Origin: a virus
Lineage: Duplodnaviria > Caudoviricetes
Length of the DNA stretch: 64,000 bases
Virus record (IMG/VR): IMGVR_UViG_3300011862_000001
Location: 128,001 to 192,000 of that record
Direction: 5' to 3' (one strand)
Part shown: positions 36,612 through 45,511 of the stretch, piece by piece
Position numbering within the stretch: the first letter of the stretch is position 1
Layout of the letters: each line of letters starts with the position of its first letter
Notes under the pieces: model-generated
What the model saw: the letters and a program-made list of their open reading frames with translations, nothing else
What the model was told of the DNA's origin: nothing
The model's database searches: none
Translations under genes and position numbers: made by a program

Positions 36612-37068
36612 CGTGACTGGCTTAACCATCACCGGACAAGGCGAAGACGTAGGCGGTAAGTTTTACACGGTTACCTTATTAGACCTTGGCAACTTGACTG
36701 CGGGTGATCGTGTGTACAACGGGGACATTGCCCACCTGACACGTAGCATTCGTCGTCTGCCGCGTGTGTACTGTGAAGTGGACCCGTATCACGACCATCG
36801 CTTTCAGATTCCGGAAAGCCAAGACCGTTTCATGCGTGCGGTAACCTCTATCGATGTGCAAAACGTCTGTGCGGCTATCGACAACATCCGCATCGATAAG
36901 GTAAAAGGAAAGGCCACCGGGGAACTGCGTCCGTGGGGTCCCCATGCCCGTATGGTACAGGGATTACTGGAAGACCGTAATGCAAATGTCACCTTCGGGA
37001 TGCGTGCACTGAAAACCTCAAGCGGTGCAATCGATCAAATCATCTGTTGGGACTTGTTGCCCGAATAA
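36598..37068 (+). CDS. prohead-protease (peptidase S80)-like protein, probably catalytically degenerate
   Basis: IDVQNVCAAI..GELRPWGP..LLEDRNANVTFGMRA aligns by eye with the phiKZ gp175-type pattern; catalytic His and Ser motifs appear altered. Confidence 0.55.
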   Translation: MEQNNVTGLTITGQGEDVGGKFYTVTLLDLGNLTAGDRVYNGDIAHLTRSIRRLPRVYCEVDPYHDHRFQIPESQDRFMRAVTSIDVQNVCAAIDNIRIDKVKGKATGELRPWGPHARMVQGLLEDRNANVTFGMRALKTSSGAIDQIICWDLLPE

Positions 37069-37093
37069 GCCCACCTGTATGCCAAAGAAGCTC

Positions 37094-37114
37094 AGATAGA
37101 TATTATCTTGATGA
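37094..37114 (+). promoter_or_regulatory. phiKZ-type early promoter motif
   Basis: AGATAGATATTATCTTGATGA, enclosed by the inverted repeat AGAAGCTCA/TGAGCTTCT. Confidence 0.7.
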
Positions 37115-37149
37115 GCTTCTGCTATTTCTTTTTTTCGCAAGGAAACGCT

Positions 37150-37347
37150 ATGTATATTGTTTACTGGGTGGTACTGATTTTATCCGCACCTATCGCAGGA
37201 ATGAAGCTTGCCCAACTGCAACACTGCTACAAGCACTGGAAGATATTGCATCCCTACCAACGGCAAATGATGATAGGTGCGTTCATCATGTTCCTGGCAA
37301 GCGTTAGCGCGTTGCTGTGGGCGTTGTACAGCATCTGGGTAAGGTAA
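37150..37347 (+). CDS. small membrane protein (2 TM)
   Basis: AAGGA RBS; two hydrophobic helices. Confidence 0.7.
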   Translation: MYIVYWVVLILSAPIAGMKLAQLQHCYKHWKILHPYQRQMMIGAFIMFLASVSALLWALYSIWVR

Positions 37348-37351
37348 CACC

Positions 37352-37735
37352 ATGGCTACCGTGCTGAACGTCTGGACGGTACAGATGGCGAAGTGGCGCA
37401 AAGCCCGTGAGCGCAATATCCCAACGATTGACATTACCGTCAAATCCGGGAACAAGAAGCTCGCCCCGACCTGGGAGTTTTTGATGGAGTATAAAAACTC
37501 TGCCAAAGACGAGGCAGCCCAAGCTGTCTACACCGAAAAATTTATTGCTAAAATTCAACAACTCAATCGGGATGAACCGGATGTGTTGTTGGAACTACTC
37601 TACAGTGGCGAGATAGCGCTGATGTGCTATTGTCCGGCAGGAAAATTCTGCCATCGTCATCTGTTGGTTACTGAACTCACCACGCTCGGTGCTGACCACG
37701 ATGTGACGGTCATCTACCGTGGTGAAATACGCTAA
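37352..37735 (+). CDS. DUF488-like protein
   Basis: LAPTWEFL..Y..F..IALMCYC...FCHRHLL. Confidence 0.75.
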   Translation: MATVLNVWTVQMAKWRKARERNIPTIDITVKSGNKKLAPTWEFLMEYKNSAKDEAAQAVYTEKFIAKIQQLNRDEPDVLLELLYSGEIALMCYCPAGKFCHRHLLVTELTTLGADHDVTVIYRGEIR

Positions 37736-37746
37736 GGAGAATTAAC

Positions 37747-38145
37747 ATGGGTTTCGATTTGCACAACGATGTACTGAAAGTGGTCATTCCGTCTGAGATT
37801 CCAGACGGGCATCCGCTGAGTTTTTCCGCCACGTCGATGCAGGAGCTCGGTACGTCTGCCGCTCTGCGTTTGACGAAAGAAGGCTTTATGAACGTCGTGC
37901 TGGTTGAGAAGCCGTTCGCGTTTTTCGTGCACTCGCAAAGTTCGGCGGATGAAAGGAAGAAACAGTTTGCCGGCTACATCCTGACACTGAAGGCGATATG
38001 TGCGGATAACGTCACACTCGGCGAGCAACAGAAGCACGCCCAAATAGTGAGGGTATATCACGATATGTTCACGCACCAGATACCAACCGATACCTGTGTT
38101 GATTTTTCCCCTACGTTGGCCATGGCTACCGTGTCCATCGGCTGA
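37747..38145 (+). CDS. hypothetical protein
   Basis: 132 aa; AAGGAG RBS. Confidence 0.7.
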   Translation: MGFDLHNDVLKVVIPSEIPDGHPLSFSATSMQELGTSAALRLTKEGFMNVVLVEKPFAFFVHSQSSADERKKQFAGYILTLKAICADNVTLGEQQKHAQIVRVYHDMFTHQIPTDTCVDFSPTLAMATVSIG

Positions 38146-38230
38146 TGACGCAAACACACCCCTCCGAGCCCTTCGGCGTCTTTATGGCGTCGAAGTGGTC
38201 TTGAGACTAAAATACCTAAAGGAGTATACC

Positions 38231-39226
38231 ATGTTTAAAGCCCCACATTTTGCTACCGGCTACACCAATATGCTGAAACCGCTTGCCCTTAAAGCGATAC
38301 GTAACTGTCATGAAATGGAACTCGTTGAAGTGCCCACTCCACGCACTGGCCACATCTTTGAATCTGGCTATTTTGAGTGGTTTCCGTTCTTGCGTGATGC
38401 GTATTTAGCGCTGCACAAATTGACTCCCGGTACGGAACAGGCTGAGATTATCAAAACGGCGCTGAATGATGCAGCGAAAATACTGTTGTCGGACCACCCT
38501 ACGATGGTGCCATCGATGGACAAGTTACGTGTTTTTCGTTATACCTCCACGATGTGCTCACTCACTGCCGAAGAGAGAAGCTTATCGAACTTACGTTCCA
38601 TCGCTGTGGTGTTAGCGGAAGATGCGACGAGAAAAGTAGAGGATGGCGAGAATCCCCATGCCTTGCGTCTGGATATTAATCGCCCGATTGGTAACCTGAA
38701 CTACGAAGAACTGAAAAGGACCTTAGCCGTCCTGTCGTTCCCGGTAGAAATCACCACCCTCGAAGACCGCCTTTCGGCATTACCGAGACCGGTGCACATT
38801 GTCTCATCGACTGCCACCGTCTTGGCACCGGAAAACACTATCGTCGCAAGACGCCTACGTCTCACGTTCACACTGAGCGAGGACTATATCAGTTCTCTGG
38901 CGCGTGACCTGATTAGAGAGTCTATTCAAAGGCGCAACCCAAGTTGTTACGCCCAGTGGCAGGACAACCAATTTATCGTCGAAACGTCCATGGCGAGTGA
39001 TGTCCAACTGAAAGACACCCTAGGCTGGCGTTCACAGATTGAAGCCCAGCTGGAAACGGACATGGCCTTAATGGTGGCCCATGCTAACAAGTCCTTCAGT
39101 GCGGTTCACAACGAGCCCGATAATTACGGTTACCACAATGTCCTGATGTCGTGGATGCTTTACGGGATGACTGATCCGAAAACCGGACAGCCGGGTATTT
39201 CTCCAAACGACACCTACAACCTTTAA
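38231..39226 (+). CDS. hypothetical protein
   Basis: AAGGAG RBS before the ATG at 38231. Confidence 0.75.
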   Translation: MFKAPHFATGYTNMLKPLALKAIRNCHEMELVEVPTPRTGHIFESGYFEWFPFLRDAYLALHKLTPGTEQAEIIKTALNDAAKILLSDHPTMVPSMDKLRVFRYTSTMCSLTAEERSLSNLRSIAVVLAEDATRKVEDGENPHALRLDINRPIGNLNYEELKRTLAVLSFPVEITTLEDRLSALPRPVHIVSSTATVLAPENTIVARRLRLTFTLSEDYISSLARDLIRESIQRRNPSCYAQWQDNQFIVETSMASDVQLKDTLGWRSQIEAQLETDMALMVAHANKSFSAVHNEPDNYGYHNVLMSWMLYGMTDPKTGQPGISPNDTYNL

Positions 39227-39236
39227 GGAGCATCGC

Positions 39237-39749
39237 ATGCAATTGTGTTTATTTACCAAACGCGAGCGCGCCTTTATGAAGGGCGTGATTGACGGTATAC
39301 CGCAAAACGACGAGAGCATTAACCTCGATCCGTTGAAAATGGCGGTTGCCAAACGCTTTCCCATGGAAGAGTGGGATGAGTGGTATGCTAAAGCCCTGGT
39401 GGTCACCAACGACTTGATAACCTTGGCCGAGTATAACACCTGCAAACGTTTGGAAGGCTGGACGTGGGAAACTCCAGGCACCCCTACCAAACTCTACCCG
39501 ATGGATAAGCCAGATAGTCCCATCAATATCGTTACCGTGGCACATCCTGAATCGCTCGATGAACATCTGCGTTCGCTCTGGGACCGTCCCCGTGAAGAGC
39601 TGCGGACGTTAATTGAAATTATCCAGGATGCCGGTAAGTTCTATTTCATTGAATGGGTCTGCCCGGATAAGAACCGTCTGTTCTGGCGCTTAACCTGGGT
39701 TGCGGGCGTGCACCATAACCGTAACATCGTCTATTTGGTGAGAAAGTAA
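39237..39749 (+). CDS. hypothetical protein
   Basis: AAGGAG RBS; Trp-rich. Confidence 0.75.
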   Translation: MQLCLFTKRERAFMKGVIDGIPQNDESINLDPLKMAVAKRFPMEEWDEWYAKALVVTNDLITLAEYNTCKRLEGWTWETPGTPTKLYPMDKPDSPINIVTVAHPESLDEHLRSLWDRPREELRTLIEIIQDAGKFYFIEWVCPDKNRLFWRLTWVAGVHHNRNIVYLVRK

Positions 39750-40025
39750 ATGCTGAACTGGTTACTGTCATTAATCAACAAACGTCAACAACAGCTGTTC
39801 CGGGAGAACCAACGACTCCAGGAACAGAACCGCCGTTACAAGATGGCGTACGAAGAGTTGGCGCTGTGGGTAGACTCTCTCGAAAACTACACCAGCACGA
39901 TACGTATCCTGACTGAGTCATCCACGGAACAACGCGTCGTGGAAACCAATGCTTTCGGGGTACAGTTAAGTTATAAAATTCGTCAACGTTTAAAAGTCTT
40001 ACAGGAGAAAATCAATGGATACTAA
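39750..40025 (+). CDS. hypothetical coiled-coil protein
   Basis: 91 aa; abuts the previous stop. Confidence 0.65.
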   Translation: MLNWLLSLINKRQQQLFRENQRLQEQNRRYKMAYEELALWVDSLENYTSTIRILTESSTEQRVVETNAFGVQLSYKIRQRLKVLQEKINGY

Positions 40026-40383
40026 CGTTACTACCGAGATGGCCCTGGCTATCGAAACCATGAAAGTCCACAGCTTAACGAATCTGCAAGCCAGAACGGC
40101 AGGCCAGTATGAGATGTTTAAGCTGATGTCCCAACACAACCTCGACGACCGTCGGGCGTTTATCAGCGAACTCAACGGGCTGGCCACCCGTATCCTCAAC
40201 GATCATCTGTCGCCACTCGATGCGCATGAAGCGCTGGACAAATTAAGCCGTCAGTTTACGCAGAAGCTCGAGCAGTTCCACACGGAAGACGAGTTCATCC
40301 GTGAGCAGCGTATCGACAAAGATGCCGAATTGCCGGATATGCATTTCCTGCGGAAACAACACCATGCCTACAGCAGCTATTAA
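40015..40383 (+). CDS. hypothetical protein
   Basis: AGGAG RBS. Confidence 0.7.
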   Translation: MDTNVTTEMALAIETMKVHSLTNLQARTAGQYEMFKLMSQHNLDDRRAFISELNGLATRILNDHLSPLDAHEALDKLSRQFTQKLEQFHTEDEFIREQRIDKDAELPDMHFLRKQHHAYSSY

Positions 40384-40678
40384 TCTCGCCGGGAAATCCC
40401 CGACCGAGGTAATGGCAGCGTTGCAATCGGGCCTCCTTCTCTGTGATGGGAAGGAGACTGCGGATGCGGTTATGATGACACTCATCCCTGCTCGGGGTGA
40501 GTATTATCAAGTGGCTGCACTAGGGGATGAGTATGTGGTACGCACACCAGGACGCGAATATGAAGCGTTGCGTGTGCCGCGTACCCTGGGTGGTGTCATT
40601 CTACTCCTACAGGCATTACCAGAAGCAGTGAAGAACTGTGGGCTTTATATCGCCACAGGTGGACGAGGACATTTCTGA
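40364..40678 (+). CDS. hypothetical protein
   Basis: Start at MPTAA, overlapping the previous stop region. Confidence 0.6.
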   Translation: MPTAAINLAGKSPTEVMAALQSGLLLCDGKETADAVMMTLIPARGEYYQVAALGDEYVVRTPGREYEALRVPRTLGGVILLLQALPEAVKNCGLYIATGGRGHF

Positions 40679-41034
40679 TGGGCTTATTTAACTGGCTAGG
40701 TGAGAAAGCTCGACTCCGTAAACAACTGGCTGAGCTTGAAGCCGAAAACGCAAATTTACACGCCGCGTTAACCAAGCTGCGTGACGATAACATCGCAGCG
40801 ACCAAAGCACTGTGCACCACGCTTGCTAACCTGAACGTCAGTATGCAAGCCGGGGAATGCTGGATAGAGGTGTTTAACGCACACCTTAACATGCTCCCAC
40901 CGCCCGACCAGGCGATGGTACGAGCTGCCACATTACAAGTGTTGCATAAGTGGTATATCGACGGGGTAGAGGTCAATATGAACCAACACCCTGCTTTCGA
41001 GTTCCCTACACCTCGTGAGTTGCCTCACGACTAA
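40678..41034 (+). CDS. hypothetical coiled-coil protein
   Basis: GAGG RBS; TGATG coupling; N-terminus like 39750 (LxNWL plus coiled coil). Confidence 0.7.
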   Translation: MGLFNWLGEKARLRKQLAELEAENANLHAALTKLRDDNIAATKALCTTLANLNVSMQAGECWIEVFNAHLNMLPPPDQAMVRAATLQVLHKWYIDGVEVNMNQHPAFEFPTPRELPHD

Positions 41035-41062
41035 TTTTGCCGTTACCTTAAGGAGAATCATT

Positions 41063-41446
41063 ATGTTAAAACCGCGTAAGTGTCGTAAGGCGTTAGTTAT
41101 CATCACGCCAAAGATTCAACTGGCTGTCGGTAAGCGCCTTATTACCCTGGACGGCAAATGGGTGAGTGAGCAATTCTCGGAGTACCTGTCCCGCTGCACG
41201 CATGACAGAAAGTGTGCGGAAAACGGTCGGAAACCGAAACGCAGTCGTCAGCAATGTACACAGGTTGCTCGTGTGCTCGGTTCAGCATACGGCTGGTACA
41301 TGAAGAACAATTTCCCCACCCAGTTAGTTAGCCGTGCCATAACAGGTGCCTACTTCAAACCCAGCGATGAACCGGTGCTGACCAGTCAAGTACGTACCGA
41401 TAAGCCGGCGAGCTTGCAACGGTTGCAGGATGCCCAAACAAAATAA
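41063..41446 (+). CDS. hypothetical basic protein
   Basis: AAGGAG RBS before the ATG at 41063. Confidence 0.7.
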   Translation: MLKPRKCRKALVIITPKIQLAVGKRLITLDGKWVSEQFSEYLSRCTHDRKCAENGRKPKRSRQQCTQVARVLGSAYGWYMKNNFPTQLVSRAITGAYFKPSDEPVLTSQVRTDKPASLQRLQDAQTK

Positions 41447-41451
41447 GCCGT

Positions 41452-41488
41452 ACCCTACTCCTTCTGGAGTAGGGTTTCTTCTTTTTTT
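41452..41488 (+). terminator. intrinsic terminator
   Basis: ACCCTACTCC-TTCT-GGAGTAGGGT plus T-tract. Confidence 0.85.
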
Positions 41489-41513
41489 GTCTGGTTAGAT
41501 TAAAAAAGATTTC

Positions 41514-41534
41514 AGATATATATTACTTAGGTGA
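41514..41534 (+). promoter_or_regulatory. phiKZ-type early promoter (exact TATATTAC core)
   Basis: AGATATATATTACTTAGGTGA. Confidence 0.8.
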
Positions 41535-41596
41535 GAGTAGTATGATACTCCCTTTACTTTTAACCATTATCGTTTATCGACAATAAGGATTTCACC

Positions 41597-41800
41597 ATGC
41601 GTATCGCAACTTTTAACATGAACAAAACTCGCTCTACCAAAACTCCTGACATGCTTGACCTGCTGTTAATGATGTCCAACGAAGAACGTAACAAAGTGTT
41701 GAACGTACTTAACGAAGGCAAGAAAATGGCTGACGATATCAACGCAGTGTACGGCAAAGAAGAAGAGAAGCAAACTGGCGGACTTGTGTGGGTCTGCTAA
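41597..41800 (+). CDS. small early protein
   Basis: 67 aa; monocistronic between an early promoter and a terminator; AAGGA RBS. Confidence 0.7.
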   Translation: MRIATFNMNKTRSTKTPDMLDLLLMMSNEERNKVLNVLNEGKKMADDINAVYGKEEEKQTGGLVWVC

Positions 41801-41834
41801 GGACAAAGCAATGCGTAACTATTACATGCGTTGT

Positions 41835-41885
41835 TAGAGTGCGGGAATTCCCGCACTCTATGCTTTCTTCTTTTTTTTTTGTTTT
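41835..41885 (+). terminator. intrinsic terminator
   Basis: TAGAGTGCGGGA/TCCCGCACTCTA plus long T-tract. Confidence 0.8.
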
Positions 41886-41998
41886 GCCGTTGTTTTTTGT
41901 CGAAGCGGGCAGTCCCAGTACAGTCGCCACCTTTAATATGCTGGCAGGGGGTTGAGCAACCGTTTGACCTTAATAAACCTCATAACCGAGTTAACGCG

Positions 41999-42802
41999 AT
42001 GTCTTTTAAATCTAAACAGAATCTGCTAAAACTCATCAACCACGAAAACCGACTCGATCCCGAGTTGACTTTCGACGATGTTGATATCTCTCTGCCGGAG
42101 GTGGTTTCAGTCGATGGGCGTGATTCGAAAGTCTCACTGACGTCGAAGTTAAAAGGTGATGAAGGGTCGGTTGTTGAGATTACTTACCACCGTCGAGACT
42201 TACCCGACTACATCAAAGACGATTTGACGTTCGATGCAATCGACGTGGTCACCACGCACGATTTCATTCCCGCGCTTAACGATCGTTACAACCTGAACCT
42301 GCTTCCGGAAGACCTGGAAGACGCCCCGGTCTCGGGTGATGCTCACACGGTTTCTGCCGTGGCAAGCTCACACGAATGGCGTGGGAACGTTATACTACAA
42401 CTGGTCACCGCCAAGCCGTTGGCATCGGTGATTACCCAGCCTACCTTAACCGGTCTGGTCTACCCTGAGCACCAAGACACCACGGTGGGGCAAGGGGTTA
42501 TATATTCGTACGATTTAGACGCCACACGTTTGGCGGCCTGGATTCCGACCCTTCTCGCAGGTCAAGCAGCAAGTACAGCGTTTGCGAACGCTTTGTCTAC
42601 TGTGGTTCCTGAGAACTGGGTGGTTAGTGCGACCCCAGCACCGTATAACCTGGCCAATGCTACACTGGCCTTCGCTGACAAAACGGCAAACCGTCCTGGC
42701 ACCAATCCGCATTACCAGTGGGTAATTGGACTGACGCTAGCGCCCGAATGCACCAACCTGCAAGGCACCCTGCTCTTGCACTTTACTGACCAGGAGGGCT
42801 AA
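41999..42802 (+). CDS. tail/baseplate paralog (phiKZ gp130/131-like family)
   Basis: LLKLINxEN, YxRxDL, LNDRYNLNL, VITQPTLTGLVYP, C-terminal GTLLLHF. Confidence 0.75.
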   Translation: MSFKSKQNLLKLINHENRLDPELTFDDVDISLPEVVSVDGRDSKVSLTSKLKGDEGSVVEITYHRRDLPDYIKDDLTFDAIDVVTTHDFIPALNDRYNLNLLPEDLEDAPVSGDAHTVSAVASSHEWRGNVILQLVTAKPLASVITQPTLTGLVYPEHQDTTVGQGVIYSYDLDATRLAAWIPTLLAGQAASTAFANALSTVVPENWVVSATPAPYNLANATLAFADKTANRPGTNPHYQWVIGLTLAPECTNLQGTLLLHFTDQEG

Positions 42803-43645
42803 GTGGGCTTTTACAACAAACCCTCGCGGGCGATGCTGCTGGACGCGATTAATCAGCAGAACGGGCTGATGGACAACCCGCTCACTTGGGACCAAATTGC
42901 TTCCGGGTATCCCGAAGAAGTATCGACCCCAGGTGCCGATCGCAACACGCGTGTGCTGCTGTATGGGATTACCAACGCCGGTTACCGGGGTAACGTTGCT
43001 ATCACCTACAACCGCATCCAGATGCCAATTCTGTTTCAGAATATCGTGCCGGTAGTCGTCACTGACCCGGTGCAAAAGCTCTCTGACCTGTTGCCGTTTC
43101 TGAACGACAAATACGGTTTATCGCTGACGGCTGACGACGTGGAAGATTTCTCCGTTGCGGACAAAGGTGAAAGCTGGTTGGCCGAGGTATCCATTCGACC
43201 GGGTTCATTAGCCTGGCAGGGCGTGTTTCGTTTGCGCTATGCCAAGTTCTTTCCGAACCTGTCTGATGTGATTACTGATGTTGACCTGACCGCGATTGTC
43301 GCCCCGTTTACAGTTGGGGATAAACCGCACGCGGAGTATGTGGCGTACGGCTACGATTGGACGGACCTTCAGAAGGTGTTCGAGGAAACCTGGAGCTATA
43401 ATCGCCTGCTTACCACAGACGACGTAGACCGGTTAAACGAGGTCGTACCGCTTGGCTTTACGATAGCACCTGCTGAGACGGCAAAGGCTGATGAGATTTC
43501 ACTGTTCGGTGCACGCTTTATGGGCACAGCCGCAGTGACAGACACCGGCCCGTATAATCCCGACTACCGTCGTGTGGCCGTCATTAAGTTAGCGACCACC
43601 AGTAACTACACCGGTAGCCTCTACCTCCATTATTCACCGAAGTAG
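42803..43645 (+). CDS. tail/baseplate paralog
   Basis: Same family motifs; GSLYLHY C-terminus. Confidence 0.75.
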   Translation: MGFYNKPSRAMLLDAINQQNGLMDNPLTWDQIASGYPEEVSTPGADRNTRVLLYGITNAGYRGNVAITYNRIQMPILFQNIVPVVVTDPVQKLSDLLPFLNDKYGLSLTADDVEDFSVADKGESWLAEVSIRPGSLAWQGVFRLRYAKFFPNLSDVITDVDLTAIVAPFTVGDKPHAEYVAYGYDWTDLQKVFEETWSYNRLLTTDDVDRLNEVVPLGFTIAPAETAKADEISLFGARFMGTAAVTDTGPYNPDYRRVAVIKLATTSNYTGSLYLHYSPK

Positions 43646-43653
43646 GGGACAAC

Positions 43654-44499
43654 ATGCCAATCTTAGCAACCGCTGAAGAAATTCTCATTAAAGAGATTAA
43701 CCTGGAAAACGGTCTGGACCTGTCGGTTGACGACATTGTCTTTGGTCCACCCCAGGTACCCACCAAGGATGAGGACGTGGCGAAAGCCAACGGCCACAAC
43801 AGCATGGTGCGACTGCAAGCCTTAGCCACGGCGAGTGCTATCGGTTACACCACCGTTTATTACGACCGGATTGATTTTGCTGATTTGTTTACGCCCCCCG
43901 ACGGTAACTCACCGCTGCGGGTGCCTGCACGATTAGACAGTGTGTTTACCACTCACCAGGTGCTAGAACTGATTAACCAATTCTACGGGTTACGGTTACG
44001 TCCAAGTGATGTGGAAGATGCGACTATCAATCGTAGCAACTGGCAAGTGCTCCTGAAAGCCACCCCAACCTCGCTAGGCTGGATAGGTGAGCAAACGGTA
44101 CAGTTAGTGCCAGGCGATGCGTCACTGCCTGCGAACTTTGTCCCGAAGACGGTCACCGCGTATCAGTATCCGCAATCCAACACGCGTGTAGGACAGGGCG
44201 CAATTTACTCCTACCCGTGGCGTTTTGATGATTATGCTGATGTGTTAAAGGCCGGTGGGTTAAGCCTGACCACTGAGCGTCTGGCGACGATTTTAAAAGC
44301 CGTCACCAAAGATGAATGGTTAGTCTACCGCAACCCGGTTAACTTTAACCTAAAAGAAGCCACCGTGGTCTACAATGGGCCGAACACCGTCGATATGCCG
44401 ACTAACCCCTCCGTGGATAACGTAGTGGTGATTGAACTGTCGTTGTATTGTCTTAATCTTGGCGGGCGTTTGTATTTGCACTACAACGACCCCGAATAA
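43654..44499 (+). CDS. tail/baseplate paralog
   Basis: YYDRIDF; GRLYLHYN. Confidence 0.75.
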   Translation: MPILATAEEILIKEINLENGLDLSVDDIVFGPPQVPTKDEDVAKANGHNSMVRLQALATASAIGYTTVYYDRIDFADLFTPPDGNSPLRVPARLDSVFTTHQVLELINQFYGLRLRPSDVEDATINRSNWQVLLKATPTSLGWIGEQTVQLVPGDASLPANFVPKTVTAYQYPQSNTRVGQGAIYSYPWRFDDYADVLKAGGLSLTTERLATILKAVTKDEWLVYRNPVNFNLKEATVVYNGPNTVDMPTNPSVDNVVVIELSLYCLNLGGRLYLHYNDPE

Positions 44500-44517
44500 C
44501 CGTGAAAGGAAGTTAGA

Positions 44518-45426
44518 ATGAAACCTTTAAACAAAACGTCCGACCTGCTGGTTCTCGACCTGATTAACGAAACGAACCCAGATGCCAAGCTGTCTTTGAA
44601 CAAAATCCTGTTTGAGCATCCGCAGGTGAAAGACGATGCTGATGGCACCAATACCTCTTTGCTGGTGAAAGCCCGTAAGAACTCTGGTTACATCTACAGC
44701 CAAGAGGTTGACTATAACCGTTTAGACGGTCACGCTTTGTTCCGCAACGTCACTGCGTATCTGGACGTGAAATCACCGACCAGCTCCAAAGACCTGCTGA
44801 ACCTGCTGAACAGCCAATACGGTCTGAAAATCACCGCAGACGACATCGTCTCTGCACCGATTGCCGAGGGCACCAACCCGCCGCTGGAAAACCCGGACGA
44901 TCCGGACCCGGTACCGGTTGACCACACCATTACCTTCGCTGACACCTGCTTGGCGTTTATCGGTACTATCCCGGTTAAAATCGGTCCACGTCCTCAGGTC
45001 GGTGAGCGTCTGAGCCTCGTCATTACCCAGCCGAAACTGGATGGCCTACATTACCCAGACGGTGCGTCGGCTAAAGGCCAGGCGTACATCTACTCCTACG
45101 GTGTGGATGCAACCGCTATCGCCTCGTTCCTGAAAGTTCAGGCTCCGGGTATCGTGGTGAACGACACGGCGTTCTTTGCTGAACTGAACAAAATCGTGCC
45201 GGAACTGTGGGTAGCAGAAGCAGAAGCTGCTGACTACAACCTGAAAGGGGCAGAGGTCATGTACAACGGTTCGACCACTGAACAAGTGGACGACGGTAAA
45301 GGCGGCACCATGCCGAAGCCGGTGGTGGGCGCGAACATGAACTACAACAGCATCATGCTGCTGAAGCTCAGCGACACCCTGTGCAGCAACTTCACCGGTA
45401 CCTTGTACCTGCATTACAACGCCTAA
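44518..45426 (+). CDS. tail/baseplate paralog
   Basis: YNRLD; VITQPKLDGLHYP; GTLYLHYN. Confidence 0.75.
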   Translation: MKPLNKTSDLLVLDLINETNPDAKLSLNKILFEHPQVKDDADGTNTSLLVKARKNSGYIYSQEVDYNRLDGHALFRNVTAYLDVKSPTSSKDLLNLLNSQYGLKITADDIVSAPIAEGTNPPLENPDDPDPVPVDHTITFADTCLAFIGTIPVKIGPRPQVGERLSLVITQPKLDGLHYPDGASAKGQAYIYSYGVDATAIASFLKVQAPGIVVNDTAFFAELNKIVPELWVAEAEAADYNLKGAEVMYNGSTTEQVDDGKGGTMPKPVVGANMNYNSIMLLKLSDTLCSNFTGTLYLHYNA

Positions 45427-45511
45427 CGGCAGCGCCAGAGGGATGGGTTAGGCTCGTCCTAACCTGCCCTCTGGACCCTCTTACTTTTTTAGACCTGCCG
45501 AGGAGGCTACT

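Noticed and set aside
38163-38195. CCG..CGG near a hairpin upstream of 38231 as a fifth pseudoknot copy
   Set aside because: Spacer length differs and no matching S2 stem is present; better read as a simple hairpin
41831-41998. Hydrophobic N-terminal extension of the 323-aa ORF
   Set aside because: Translates the terminator T-tract; family homology begins at ATG 41999
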